Origin: Amoebophrya sp. A120
Lineage: Eukaryota > Protista > Dinoflagellata
DNA: 64,000 nucleotides
NCBI GenBank assembly: GCA_905178155.1
Contig: CAJINV010000003.1
Coordinates: forward strand, 4,215,253-4,279,252
Direction: 5' to 3'
Below are positions 24,821-35,130 of the stretch, piece by piece. Both the position numbers and the translations under genes were made by a program. Below the pieces are notes generated by a model. It worked only from the letters and a program-made list of their open reading frames with translations, searched no databases and was not told the origin of the DNA. Every line of letters begins with the position of its first letter. Position 1 is the first letter of the stretch.

Positions 24821-25787
24821 GGTCTTTATTCTTGAGCTTGAGCTTGTCTGAATATTCTGGAAAATGTGAAGCGAAAACAAGTCTGAATATTAATTCAGGG
24901 GTAGGTCAAAGTAGCTCGGGCAAAGTTGGCACTACTGCTCACTGGTATCGCCAAAAGAACTGATCCTGCTGTAAGTTTGTGGTATTGATGCATCAACTCA
25001 TGCCCACGGCGCAGGGTGACTTACTATCCATAACAACATGATGAACTTCTGACTCAGTTTTGCTTTGATTTGGATCTTGACATCTACCCGGAACTGAACG
25101 GAAATCATGTGGCGTGGTAAAAATTCGGATCTATGTCTTTTCGGATCTTTGTGCTTGTAACGCTTCTCATACACTCGGGGGGCGTGATTACGTACGAGGG
25201 CCCAGACATGCCGACTGCCACACAGCTGCGCAAAAAGACACATCTTCTCGCAGCTTCGCATTCTTTTGTCTCGACCCTGCCAACATTCTACTACCTAGGG
25301 ATCTTCAATATATTTTGCTTCAACTCGACACGAGAGCAACACATCGTTCGGGAGGACATGAGACCGCAGCGCTGCTCCGTTAATACTACGATCAACACAG
25401 GCAGTGTTTACCCTCCTTGGTTTCGTGGGTCTAGATTAAAGCTCCTTGTTGTCGTGGATCTAGAACGAGCAACAAAAGCCATACTCCGTCCTGTGTTGGA
25501 ACGCTACTAGTTGCCTGCTTTCGTCGGTTTCGTTTCCTCCTCAGGAGGAAGATCGAGATCTAGATGTGTAGTGGCCTATCTTCTGCTTACGAGGTGTTCA
25601 TGATCTTGAATCTTGTTCGGAAAGACATCTTCAAAAATCAAGTGTACAAAACAATACATCTAGACCCGAAAAATCGGACATCTCCATCTACTGAGGATAT
25701 CCGCAGGGATAATTTCCGAAATCCGTTGTATGATCATCCACCTGAGCGTCCTCTACTTCATCCACAATCTCGTCAGGAGCGGCCCCG

Positions 25788-27180
25788 CTATTTGTCACTT
25801 GGAACAGAAAGCAAGGTATTGATCATCATCAATGCCGTCGATACCTGAGGTGTGATTATTTTTCTTTCTACTTCTTGTGCGAAAAGTTGATTCGATGAAA
25901 TGCTTATGCTTGCAAATCCATTGGTGGTCCTATCTCGCCTTCCAGCTCGTCTACATCAACAAGTTATAAATACGTAGAGAGAAACTTACGTGGGGTACGA
26001 AGCCGCGGACTTGCACCTCGCGCATGCCGTCGTCGCGATCTCCTTTCTTGTCCGTGGTGATGGCGCACTGCGAGGACGCGCGAATTTGTTTGATCGAGGT
26101 TCCCTTCTCGCCGATGATCCGGCCAATCGTGTTTTCGCCCACGTGGATCGTGCAGACGCACTCCATCTCCGCCACCGTAGACACACCACCGCCGGCCGCC
26201 CCGTTGCTGGTGGGCCCGTCGACCCGCCTGCGCTTGTCTTGGTTGTCGCTCATCGAGGGGGCGAAGGGGTTCGCAGGTTCGTTGCCGGAAGTGAAAGCGG
26301 AGTACTGCGGCGGATCCGCCTCCTTGCTCGAGGCCTGCTCGCGCTGCCGCCCGCGCTTGTTCTGCTGAGTACTGTTGTTGTTTCCCGGCCCGTTCGCGTT
26401 CTTCTTGTTGCCGCCCCCTGGTTGCGCGTTCATCAAGGCCGCCTCTAAAACGTCCGCGATAGAAACCGCGGCCTCGCACAGGTCCGGGGATGGTCCAATC
26501 AAGTGAAAGTACCTGTTGATGCGTTATCATGGCTTGCTCTTGCTGAGAAATGCCGGAGAAACAAAATGATCACGAAATCAAGTTCTTCGCAATTTACTTA
26601 AACTCAAGATCTAAATCTATTTCATTCACAGATGCAGACTCACAGTAGTCACGACGACCTGTAAATGAATTTTCCGCCATCACATTGATTCGCGGAGTTG
26701 GACGACGAGTTCCTTGCAAACAAGAAAAAAGTGGCTGCGCCGTTACAACTTCGAGCAAAAATGAAAATACCGGTAAACATTGTCGGTATCCTCGTGCTTC
26801 AGCTCAAACTTGCAGTCTGGCCACTTTTCACGCCACCCGTTCAGGTTCGCGCCCCCACGCCCGATCAAGGCGCCCGCGCACCCAACCGGAATTCGCATCT
26901 GTACCGCGAACTTCTCGAAGAGGTCCGGGTGGTCGACCTGGAACTTGTCGTCCTGCTGCACCGACTTGATGAGGTCGCAAAACGCGCACCACATGTGCAC
27001 CCACTCGCCGGCAATGGTGATGCGGCGAAACCCCCCGTCCTTGAGTTGGTCCTTCGCATCGTTGGTGATGCGCACATCATTGTTATCCTTGATCGCATTG
27101 ATGCGTTCCCCGCGGGGGCCGATGATGCAGCCGAATGCCTGCTGCGGAAAGAAGGCCTCAATGGTTTGCAAGCTCGTCAT
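25788..27180 (-). CDS. Triple KH-domain RNA-binding protein (PCBP/hnRNP-K-like layout), 3 coding exons
   Basis: Three GxxG KH motifs: GCIIGPRGERI, GALIGRGGANL, GRIIGEKGTSIKQI. GT-AG introns 26513-26770 and 25845-25989 give an in-frame product ending VSTALMMINTLLSVPSDK*. Confidence 0.85.
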
Positions 27181-28717
27181 AGAGGGCAGCTGCGGAGGTG
27201 GAAAAGTGCGGGCGGGATGAAGTAGATGAATGTACTTGAAACGGTGGATAAGGAGCGTAGTTTTTTCAGCGAAAGCCAGCGGCGGACTGAGCAGGCACAA
27301 CAATTATCGGGAGGACAGCAGGCAGGCGTTGTGATTGGATCTAAAAAGACGTGAGTCAACGATGAACAATGGCTGCTCTTTCGAGACGAGATAAAGAATA
27401 CGCACAATTGCTCGTGGGAGTAGATAAGAGAGGCAAACACAGATAATCCAATACCTAAACCTAGAGGGACGAGAGACAGGTTTTTGATGTTTGTAACTTT
27501 ACTGCTACGTTGGTAGGTTGGTAAAGGTTTGATGGAGGTGGGAAAAAATTCAAGGACAAATGTTGGGCTTTGAGGGATTACCTGCTTTTGAGGAGAGAGG
27601 TAAGGTTGGACCTGCGAATCAAAAGCAATCTCTAGATTTGGATTTCAAAACAAAAAAGTAGAAAATTAGGAGCGACTCAGGTTCGATTTCGGGACTCTAC
27701 GGAAGGAACGAATCTGGCTCAAAGGCGAACGAAGGTGGAAGCTGAGTCTGATTTCGATTCTCGTCGTGAAAGCACAAGAGCAAAAGGCGTGAAAATCGAT
27801 GCGGATGGAAATTTAAAGCATTTTCGAGCTGCGGGCTGAAGGCAGGCTGTGTGATTTTGTTCTCCTTTTCGCGATAAAGAAGTGGATCAATTTTTTTCTG
27901 TCTCAGTCGTTATATATAGTTTCCGTGTACGTGTTCGAAACGTGCTTTGTTTTCTGTGCTGTTCCTTATCGTAGCACGAAGTCGGTGCGTCTGTTCAATC
28001 GCAAGACTCCTCACAGCCCACACTTCATCTGTAAGTGTGAGCGATGGCTTTGGTCACATGTAGTACGTACTACGCTTTTCAAACTGTGGACACAAGATCT
28101 AATCTATCTATCATGTACGATTGATGCGCAAACTACCAATTGATCCAGATCTCGATCTCTTCTCACTTTGCATATTGATATTTCGATTTCTGCAACGGAG
28201 ATGGAGATCCACATCCAAGAACATACAAAACAACGAAAACCTGCAGAACTGCGTGACTTCTTTTGGCCCAACACACAACTGATTCCAAAGCTTATCATGC
28301 GAGAAGCGGACTCATCAAAACAAAGTGGCCCATATTTTTTCAAAAGAAGTACAGGTGGAGGCTCTCGTGTTTTTTTCTGGAGGTTTTTGTTTTTTCCATA
28401 GTATTTTGATTTTCGTTTTCAAGAATGACGTCAATTTCCAATTGTTTTCCTTTTCACTAATGACGTCGACTGTCCGGAATTCGTTCAGCAAAAAATGACG
28501 CAGCACTCACCGTAACCGGGGATGGCGGCGTTTCAATAACAAAATACCACTCTATTTTTTGCACTAAACCAAGAGGCGCTACGCTTCGTGTTTCGACGTG
28601 CGTTCCAAACATGGGAAGAAAAAGACAGGACTACCGATGTCGTCAGGAAGTCAGTCCTCCTACACTAATTGTAATTTCCAAGTCCATCTCTATTAATTTA
28701 TGTATTTGCAAAAAATA

Positions 28718-28830
28718 ATGCAAAATTACGTGGTTCAAATAAAGAACAATTTGTTTCCAAAAATTGATGCAAACTTACGTGGTTTAAAAGAGCAATTAAT
28801 ATGCAAAATTACGTGGCTAAAAAGAACAAT
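28718..28830. repeat. Three imperfect direct repeats ATGCAAA(A/C)TTACGTGG...AAAGA(A/G)CAAT
   Basis: Copies start at 28718, 28767 and 28801 in AT-rich intergenic DNA. Confidence 0.8.
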
Positions 28831-28944
28831 AAGTAACAGTAAGCGAAAAAATTATTTTGAAAAGAAGCTGAAGCATACTCATCTATATAAATTTGAGTTC
28901 TGACATACAAAAGGTGGTCACCAAGAATTGTATGTCTAGGTATA

Positions 28945-29500
28945 TCAAATGTACCCTGTACGTCGGCGCTCTCTCGTAATCAAGGACGAGCGGCACCCAG
29001 TGGCTTTCATCAGTTCAAGTTCTTTGACTTGGTGTAGCTGTAAGTTCGTACTTGTTATTTCTACTTTTTCCCATAGTACTAGTAGCACCGGCAATGTTGA
29101 TGGAGCTACATTACTTCTTTCTCCTTCAAGCCCCCCAAAATAGGTCATCCATGTTGGCGGACGCTTGTGTCCACGCGATCACGTGAGGCCGCCCTGTTGT
29201 GTCCGCGCTTGTTGTGCCCTGGTGCACGTCCTCTCGTTCAAGTTCAAATAGTAGTGGCTCGTGGTGGGCTGCAACGGCGGCGGAGGTCTTGCAAGCTGGG
29301 ATTCAACACGAAGGGTGTGAATATCCTATTTTCCCCGCGGGTCGTGCTCTGATCGCATTCGGATTCGTCTTCGGTCGCGTCGGCTTCCTCGTCCGCCTTG
29401 TCACTCCTAGTATCCTGTTCACCCCGCGTTGTAGAACGCAACTCCCGGACAGCAGCTGCTTCACTTTCACTGCTCGCCCTTAGTTCCTCGTCGTGGAAAA
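28945..29500 (-). other. Coding-like 3' segments broken by apparent +1 frame changes (cryptic exons or a decaying gene end)
   Basis: Acidic protein-like stretches (HDEELRASSESE..., HEPLLFELERED..., GGLEGERS...) follow each other in successive +1 frames. Confidence 0.3.
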
Positions 29501-30336
29501 ATAAGCAGTTCCCCCAACCGCGATTCGTGGATGTGGTCCCTACTTCCGTGGTGGTCGCGCTCTTCCGGCGGGTGCGCAACCAGGAGCCGGTGGCGTCCCT
29601 GCAATGAGGATGAAGACGACGCTCTTGTGAGACCACTTCCCGTCCCGAATGCGCCTCGTGTTGGCGAGGCGCTTCGAGTGCGGCGCTTGTCGTGCTTGGA
29701 TTTCGGCCTCTGAAGACCTCCTGGCGACAGGGCATCTGTGCTTCTGGCGCCATCGTGACTAGTGCTTCTTGCCAAGAAGCGACTGGAGATCCTGGAATTC
29801 CTTCCAGTTGTGCCACCGCTTAAGTTGTAGACTCGCCTTCCCAGCAGGAGATCTTCCTTAATCTTTTGTCGCTCCTGCCAATTGCTGAGTTTCTTCTTCT
29901 CTTCTTCTACTTTCTTGTGTTTCTTACTGAAGCGGTTCAGGTCCAGCCTCCCGCGCCCAGCGGTGGAGGAGGAAGCTCCTGCTCCTCGACGTGTAAAAGT
30001 CGTTCCGCGTTTGGTCGATCCAAGATAATTCTTGCCCCTGCTAAACCTGGCGCTTGTACTCGTTGGTGTCGAAGAGGAGCAGCCGGGGCAAACACTATCA
30101 TCTGCGTCATCCTCTGGCTTTCGACGTTCAGTCCTCGCTTCCACGACTGCGATTGGCGAGCCCGGAGGTCTGCTTTCCTCCTGCTCCTCTTCCGCGACTA
30201 TCGAGAGAGCCTCTTGATCTTCAAAGTAGCTGCTCGGGCTGCTCTCCGCATCTGCAACTTCATCCTGTTCACGGGTAGGCTCAGGAGCACCACGACCCCT
30301 GGTGACGTTCGTCATCCTCGGCAATATTTGTTCCAT
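29467..30336 (-). CDS. Low-complexity hypothetical protein segment, probable continuation of 30281-32224
   Basis: 289-aa ORF overlapping the upstream ORF in the +1 frame; can be joined by a 79-nt GT-AG intron 30265-30343. Confidence 0.5.
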   Translation of the reverse strand: MEQILPRMTNVTRGRGAPEPTREQDEVADAESSPSSYFEDQEALSIVAEEEQEESRPPGSPIAVVEARTERRKPEDDADDSVCPGCSSSTPTSTSARFSRGKNYLGSTKRGTTFTRRGAGASSSTAGRGRLDLNRFSKKHKKVEEEKKKLSNWQERQKIKEDLLLGRRVYNLSGGTTGRNSRISSRFLARSTSHDGARSTDALSPGGLQRPKSKHDKRRTRSASPTRGAFGTGSGLTRASSSSSLQGRHRLLVAHPPEERDHHGSRDHIHESRLGELLIFPRRGTKGEQ

Positions 30337-32224
30337 TTTTTACTTCAACAAGTCTTTCGGGGGATCTCGTAGTCCCAGTTAGGAGCAACGAATTGGTTGC
30401 TCCTTCCCCTTGCTGTGGCTGCGCATCCTTTCTCGTGGTACTTAGCAGTGCAACCGACCTGGCTAGCACGTCGCTCAGAGGGCTCGCAGCTTTTCTACTT
30501 TCGCCGTCTAGTACAGACGAAGGATTGCTGGTGTGCAGCAGTGATTCCTCTAGACCAAGTCGTGCTCCTGCATGTTGCCGCGACATTGTATCGTCCTCGA
30601 GGTCCGCGTGATCGTGCACCTCCTGGCCGCCCAAGGGGAAAGGGTCTTCCTCATGCGCCGGTGCGGCGGCCTGTGGGGGAAGAACCAAAACCGGGATAAT
30701 TGCAGAATCGGCGCTATAATCTACCGGTGCTGGAGTGGCGCCTCCAAGACGTGAAACCCTTGCCGGAATAGGCAGCCTCACCTTGTTCTTAATTTCAACC
30801 AGCTCCTCCTGCAGGCCCCGAAGCTGCGTGGTGCAATTTTGCAGCAACGGTTGATCAGATTGTTGTACACACGATGACGCGGCTACCGCTCCCGTAAATT
30901 TTGTTCCTTCTGAACAAGATCGAAACCGATTTTCGGATTCGACAGTGTTCGTTCCAGAATAAAGGGAAAACGTTGCAAGATTACTTGCTTTTGCTGGATC
31001 TGGTGCTGTTGTTGAGACATTTCTTACGAAGGCCGGATGCATGTCTGAATCGAACACCGGGTGACTGGTCGATGACGACGCGACAGAGGAGGAGGAGGGT
31101 GGTAGCAACTCTGGCGGTAGCAACTCTGGGACGGAGGCCAAGTCGTACTGCTGCCCTTTTCTTCTTTCATCTTCTAGTTCTACCCCGCCCGCAGCGACGG
31201 AACAATAACAGGAAGTGCTGCCCGAAGATGGATTCTTGTCCTCAGTGAGGACCGCAGGTAGTTGGAAGGAGCAGTGCTCCTTGAACCTCCGCAACCAGAG
31301 GTTGGAAGGAGTAGAGCTCCTTGCACGGCTTCGGTTGCTGCACTCGAAGCCGCTAGGCGGCAGCATCGGAGCAGGGGTCGTCGCCAACTGATCCAACTCC
31401 TCCATCACCATCGATGTTGAGTTGGTGGAATTATTGCTCGAAAACTGCGCTCTGAAGTAGTAGTGCTGCTCCGAAAACAAGTGCTCCTGGGCGTCGGGTG
31501 TCGCCATTTCCGACTTCTCCTCGCCGAAGTGGTAGCCTCTTCCCTGCAAAATAAAAGCGTCATTGTGTTCGTGGGGCGCTTCGTCGTCCCAGAAGTGGGA
31601 CGACGGGCTCGTCCGAGCCTGCTTGGTCAGTGGGGTCTCCGTCTCTTCATCATCGTCCAGGGAAAACGAAAAGCTAGGCGGAAGCGCAAGGCCGCTTCGG
31701 CTTCTCTTGTTTTGCTGATTGCAGCTGGAGGAGCAGCTCGTGCGGCCGGGCGTTTGGGAACCAGGAAGCTGCAGCTGCATCTGCAAGTCAGGCAGACCGC
31801 GCGTCGCATCTTCATCCGCAACATCAGCGGAAGTGCGGAGCGGCTCAGCGATAGGAAGTACTAGGCCAGCTCCTGCACCAACAGAAACATACGGGGACGA
31901 CAACGCTTCACCCACAGAGGACACACACGCAGAAAAATTAAAATACGAGCAATCATATGAGGACGACGATTTTTGCTCAAGTTCAGCAGCAGCTGCGCGC
32001 AAATAAGTGTGATGTTTACTAGCAATGCTACTGCTCGAGCTACTCTTCGTCCTCGCGTGCACAGGCAACGGCAATAGAGTCCAATAAATCAGTGTAAAAA
32101 AGGCAGCACGTGCGGACCATCTACATTTTCGTCCAGCGGGAGCTGCGCCTTTGTCTCCGCCCTGCAACAGCGACATGACAGAGCTGCATTCCATTACAGA
32201 TCGCAAAACCACGGCGGACAACAT
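30281..32224 (-). CDS. Ser-rich hypothetical protein with a recessed hydrophobic signal-like segment
   Basis: 647-aa ORF; AAFFTLIYWTLLPLPVHA near residues 41-58; no recognisable domain. Confidence 0.55.
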   Translation of the reverse strand: MLSAVVLRSVMECSSVMSLLQGGDKGAAPAGRKCRWSARAAFFTLIYWTLLPLPVHARTKSSSSSSIASKHHTYLRAAAAELEQKSSSSYDCSYFNFSACVSSVGEALSSPYVSVGAGAGLVLPIAEPLRTSADVADEDATRGLPDLQMQLQLPGSQTPGRTSCSSSCNQQNKRSRSGLALPPSFSFSLDDDEETETPLTKQARTSPSSHFWDDEAPHEHNDAFILQGRGYHFGEEKSEMATPDAQEHLFSEQHYYFRAQFSSNNSTNSTSMVMEELDQLATTPAPMLPPSGFECSNRSRARSSTPSNLWLRRFKEHCSFQLPAVLTEDKNPSSGSTSCYCSVAAGGVELEDERRKGQQYDLASVPELLPPELLPPSSSSVASSSTSHPVFDSDMHPAFVRNVSTTAPDPAKASNLATFSLYSGTNTVESENRFRSCSEGTKFTGAVAASSCVQQSDQPLLQNCTTQLRGLQEELVEIKNKVRLPIPARVSRLGGATPAPVDYSADSAIIPVLVLPPQAAAPAHEEDPFPLGGQEVHDHADLEDDTMSRQHAGARLGLEESLLHTSNPSSVLDGESRKAASPLSDVLARSVALLSTTRKDAQPQQGEGATNSLLLTGTTRSPERLVEVKNGTNIAEDDERHQGSWCS

Positions 32225-33109
32225 CGATCGCGATATTCACGACATCCACAACCTTCTGTGAATCTTGCTTTTGACTTCCAAAAAATACCGATTTGATGAT
32301 GAAATAAGAAATACGATGCTGTACGGATCAAAGATCAGAATTATGATCTTGATACTTGTTTAATTACAAGGAGTTTGCCTTTGTATTTGCTCGAAGGAAA
32401 GAAAAAAATCTTCAAATTCATTGCACATCAATTTTCCTTGATAGCAACAAATGAGGTTGCAACGACAACAAAAACTACAAACACAAGTAGACGACCGCTA
32501 CATGTTGTATTTCAGATTTTTATCAGATTGCCGATTTGATTTAACTTAGGTATTGTTCTTTTGTGAGAAGCACCATGCATAGAACGATACACAAAAAAAA
32601 TAGCACCAATCGTTTTGGTTTTTCTTTATATATATGCACCTTTTTCGACCTAAGCACTGACGATAAATTGAAAAAACAAGCCACGGAGCGAGAGAACCGA
32701 AAAGAGGACCGCAAAGAGCAGATCTGCGCCTTGTAAGAGCCCCTGCTGATCTTCGTCGTCGTGAAAAAACAAAACCATCAAGATCGACCAAGAAAAGAAT
32801 CGAAAGAAGTGCAAGGGGCGGAAAAAAAATGAAGAACCAAAAATAAAAAATGCCGACACTGGACTACACAGACTGAATTCATTTGCCTTCTTCCCGGTGT
32901 CGCTCATACTTAAGTAGAACAACAGCAATTTTGCACAATACTGAGTGCTGCAAAGGGTCGCAAGACGCTAGCGCAGAAATTGGCTTCGCTTACTTTCGCC
33001 TCTCTCGGCGGGCGGTTTCCGCGAAAGCAACACTCCGGAGTTCTTGGAACGGAAAGCGTGTCAACACTCCAAGCAGTGTGATGATATAGCTCTAGTACTA
33101 CAACCTCCC

Positions 33110-34576
33110 TCAAACACTGTTTTTGATCTGGTTCACGCTGTCCAGTTCTTGTTTATTACGGAGTTCCGTCTCCCCAGCTGCGGTCGTGTGCTGCCGTGCC
33201 CCGCCCGCATCGGCGCTACTATCAACCTTATTTTTAACGTGGGTCATGTCACTGACGCCGTCTTTGCCAAGCAGAGACAGATTTTCTTTCTCTAGGTTTC
33301 GCAGAACATCAGCACTACCAACGTCACCTCGCTTTTGCTCTTCGCGCCACGGAGAGAGTCCCAGATCGTCGAACCGGTCCCAAACCCAGCCAAAAACCTG
33401 TCGCTTGAGCACGTTCTGCCGATCGGCTTCGCTCTGGGTCTGCTGCCACGTCTCCCGCCAGTCCGTCGTGCGCCACTTCTGCGCCTCCGGGCTGCGGTCC
33501 AGATACGCGCAATCCAGGCAGTTTCCGTACTTGAGCAAATAGGGCTCCACCAAGTACACGAGGCACAAACAACTGGCCCACCAACACCACACGCTCCCGG
33601 CCTCGGCGCCGAGCAACAGGTACACAAAAAAGCAATAGGTGTTGATGTGCTGGAACGCATACGGAATCAAGCTCGGACGGGTCAGGATGTTGAAGGCTCC
33701 AGCCATCGCGGTGTAGGCAGTGCAGAAAAACAACTCGATCACTTTATAGGGCCACGCTACCATCGACCAGACTTGGTGTCCGAAAGGGCCTCGGCTCGTG
33801 CAGCGTGCCACCCACAAACCCTCGCCGCCGCTCGTCATCAGAACCTCGCTCAGAGCAGCGGCACTAAGGTCCACCGGCGCACCTCCAGGAACTACAGCGG
33901 AAATCCCATCTGCCTGGTCGATGTGTCCAGCCGAGGACCCAAGTAAAACGCCGTTCGGTGCAGAAGGAGCTCCTGCAGCTGTAGGAGAAGGCACAGCAGC
34001 TGCCAGATCCACTCCACTGCGACTGTTGCTCGTCAGTTCACTTGATGTGTCAACAACTCGTCTCATCAAGTTGGGATTATCGATCAGCAGAAAATAGCCC
34101 AGAAAAATGACAAACACCCCCCAACAGCGAAGCACCAGCTGCAACGCCGCTCTCCGGCTCCGCCCGTATTGCCCCACCCTCTTGGAATCGTTCAACGGTC
34201 CAACCCGCACAAGCCAGTCCGGTGCGGTGCCGCTTTGCAGCTGCTTGTCATGGTTCTGGTGTTCCCAGTTAATGTGCATCTGCCAAACCACCATTGTCCC
34301 ATTCACCACGACGGCGATCAGCCACGAGAGCACGGAGTTCGCGTAGCTGCACCGGTGCAGCGCCGGATCTTCCCACGTCGCTTCCCACCAATAGTTGCCC
34401 ATGCGCGTTCGCTCGACGAAGGGCCACAGCAGGGCTTGCAGAATCTCCTGCAACACCAATGGAATTTGAAAATACACGTTGGAGCGGTCAAAAAGCCAGT
34501 TGCGGCGATACAGGTAAATCAGTATCAGGGTCTCGGCGAACGCGAAACCCCCAGCAACTTGGGGCGACCAACACAT
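33110..34576 (-). CDS. Multi-pass membrane protein (MCWS.../GSVWCW family, DUF5765-like)
   Basis: Starts MCWSPQ. Motifs LQEILQALLW, CSYANSVLS, GHQVW and AGSVWCWW; about 6-7 hydrophobic segments. ORF open from 34621. Family call is from motif recall only. Confidence 0.65.
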   Translation of the reverse strand: MCWSPQVAGGFAFAETLILIYLYRRNWLFDRSNVYFQIPLVLQEILQALLWPFVERTRMGNYWWEATWEDPALHRCSYANSVLSWLIAVVVNGTMVVWQMHINWEHQNHDKQLQSGTAPDWLVRVGPLNDSKRVGQYGRSRRAALQLVLRCWGVFVIFLGYFLLIDNPNLMRRVVDTSSELTSNSRSGVDLAAAVPSPTAAGAPSAPNGVLLGSSAGHIDQADGISAVVPGGAPVDLSAAALSEVLMTSGGEGLWVARCTSRGPFGHQVWSMVAWPYKVIELFFCTAYTAMAGAFNILTRPSLIPYAFQHINTYCFFVYLLLGAEAGSVWCWWASCLCLVYLVEPYLLKYGNCLDCAYLDRSPEAQKWRTTDWRETWQQTQSEADRQNVLKRQVFGWVWDRFDDLGLSPWREEQKRGDVGSADVLRNLEKENLSLLGKDGVSDMTHVKNKVDSSADAGGARQHTTAAGETELRNKQELDSVNQIKNSV

Positions 34577-35130
34577 GATGTTTGTCGACAACTTAGCAGT
34601 AGGACTCCCTCTCCTTTTCAACTAGCGCTTGAGAAAGAAGAAGAACGACTCGGCGACTGCTTCTGCATCACACCTACGTCTTTACTCAAACACAGCAAAA
34701 CTGACACAACAAGAATGGTATCTATCCAAAATCAGCTGCAAGCTTGCCGCCCAGAAGAACAGGCATGATATACAAAGCAGCGAATCCTCATCGCCCGCTC
34801 AAGTTCATTCGCGGCACTCGTCTCGGTCTCGGTCTCTCCTTTTGATTTCTTACTGCAGCTTGCAGACCGCTGGAGGCACAAGAACCATAGTTTGTTAGTA
34901 CAGTACCCACTAAAACACACTGAGACTCAAAGTCTTCGTTAAAGACATCATGATGCATAAACCTGTTTCTTATTTTTCATCCGGAATTCAGGGGCGTTTT
35001 CGGAACTCGAATAAACTAAAGTCGTGACGTAGATGGTGCCGCTTACGTGAGTAGGCATCACGGGCATTTGTGTAACAAGTATTTCTTTTTTATAAGGGCT
35101 GCGTACGCGTAGTAGCTTCGAATTTCCATT

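Noticed and set aside
24831-24843. Tandem GCTCAAG (spliced-leader 3' end) just upstream of the DUS1 ATG as a relict SL
   Set aside because: Only 7-nt matches in a short CAAGCT repeat and lacks CCATTTTG; compatible with chance.
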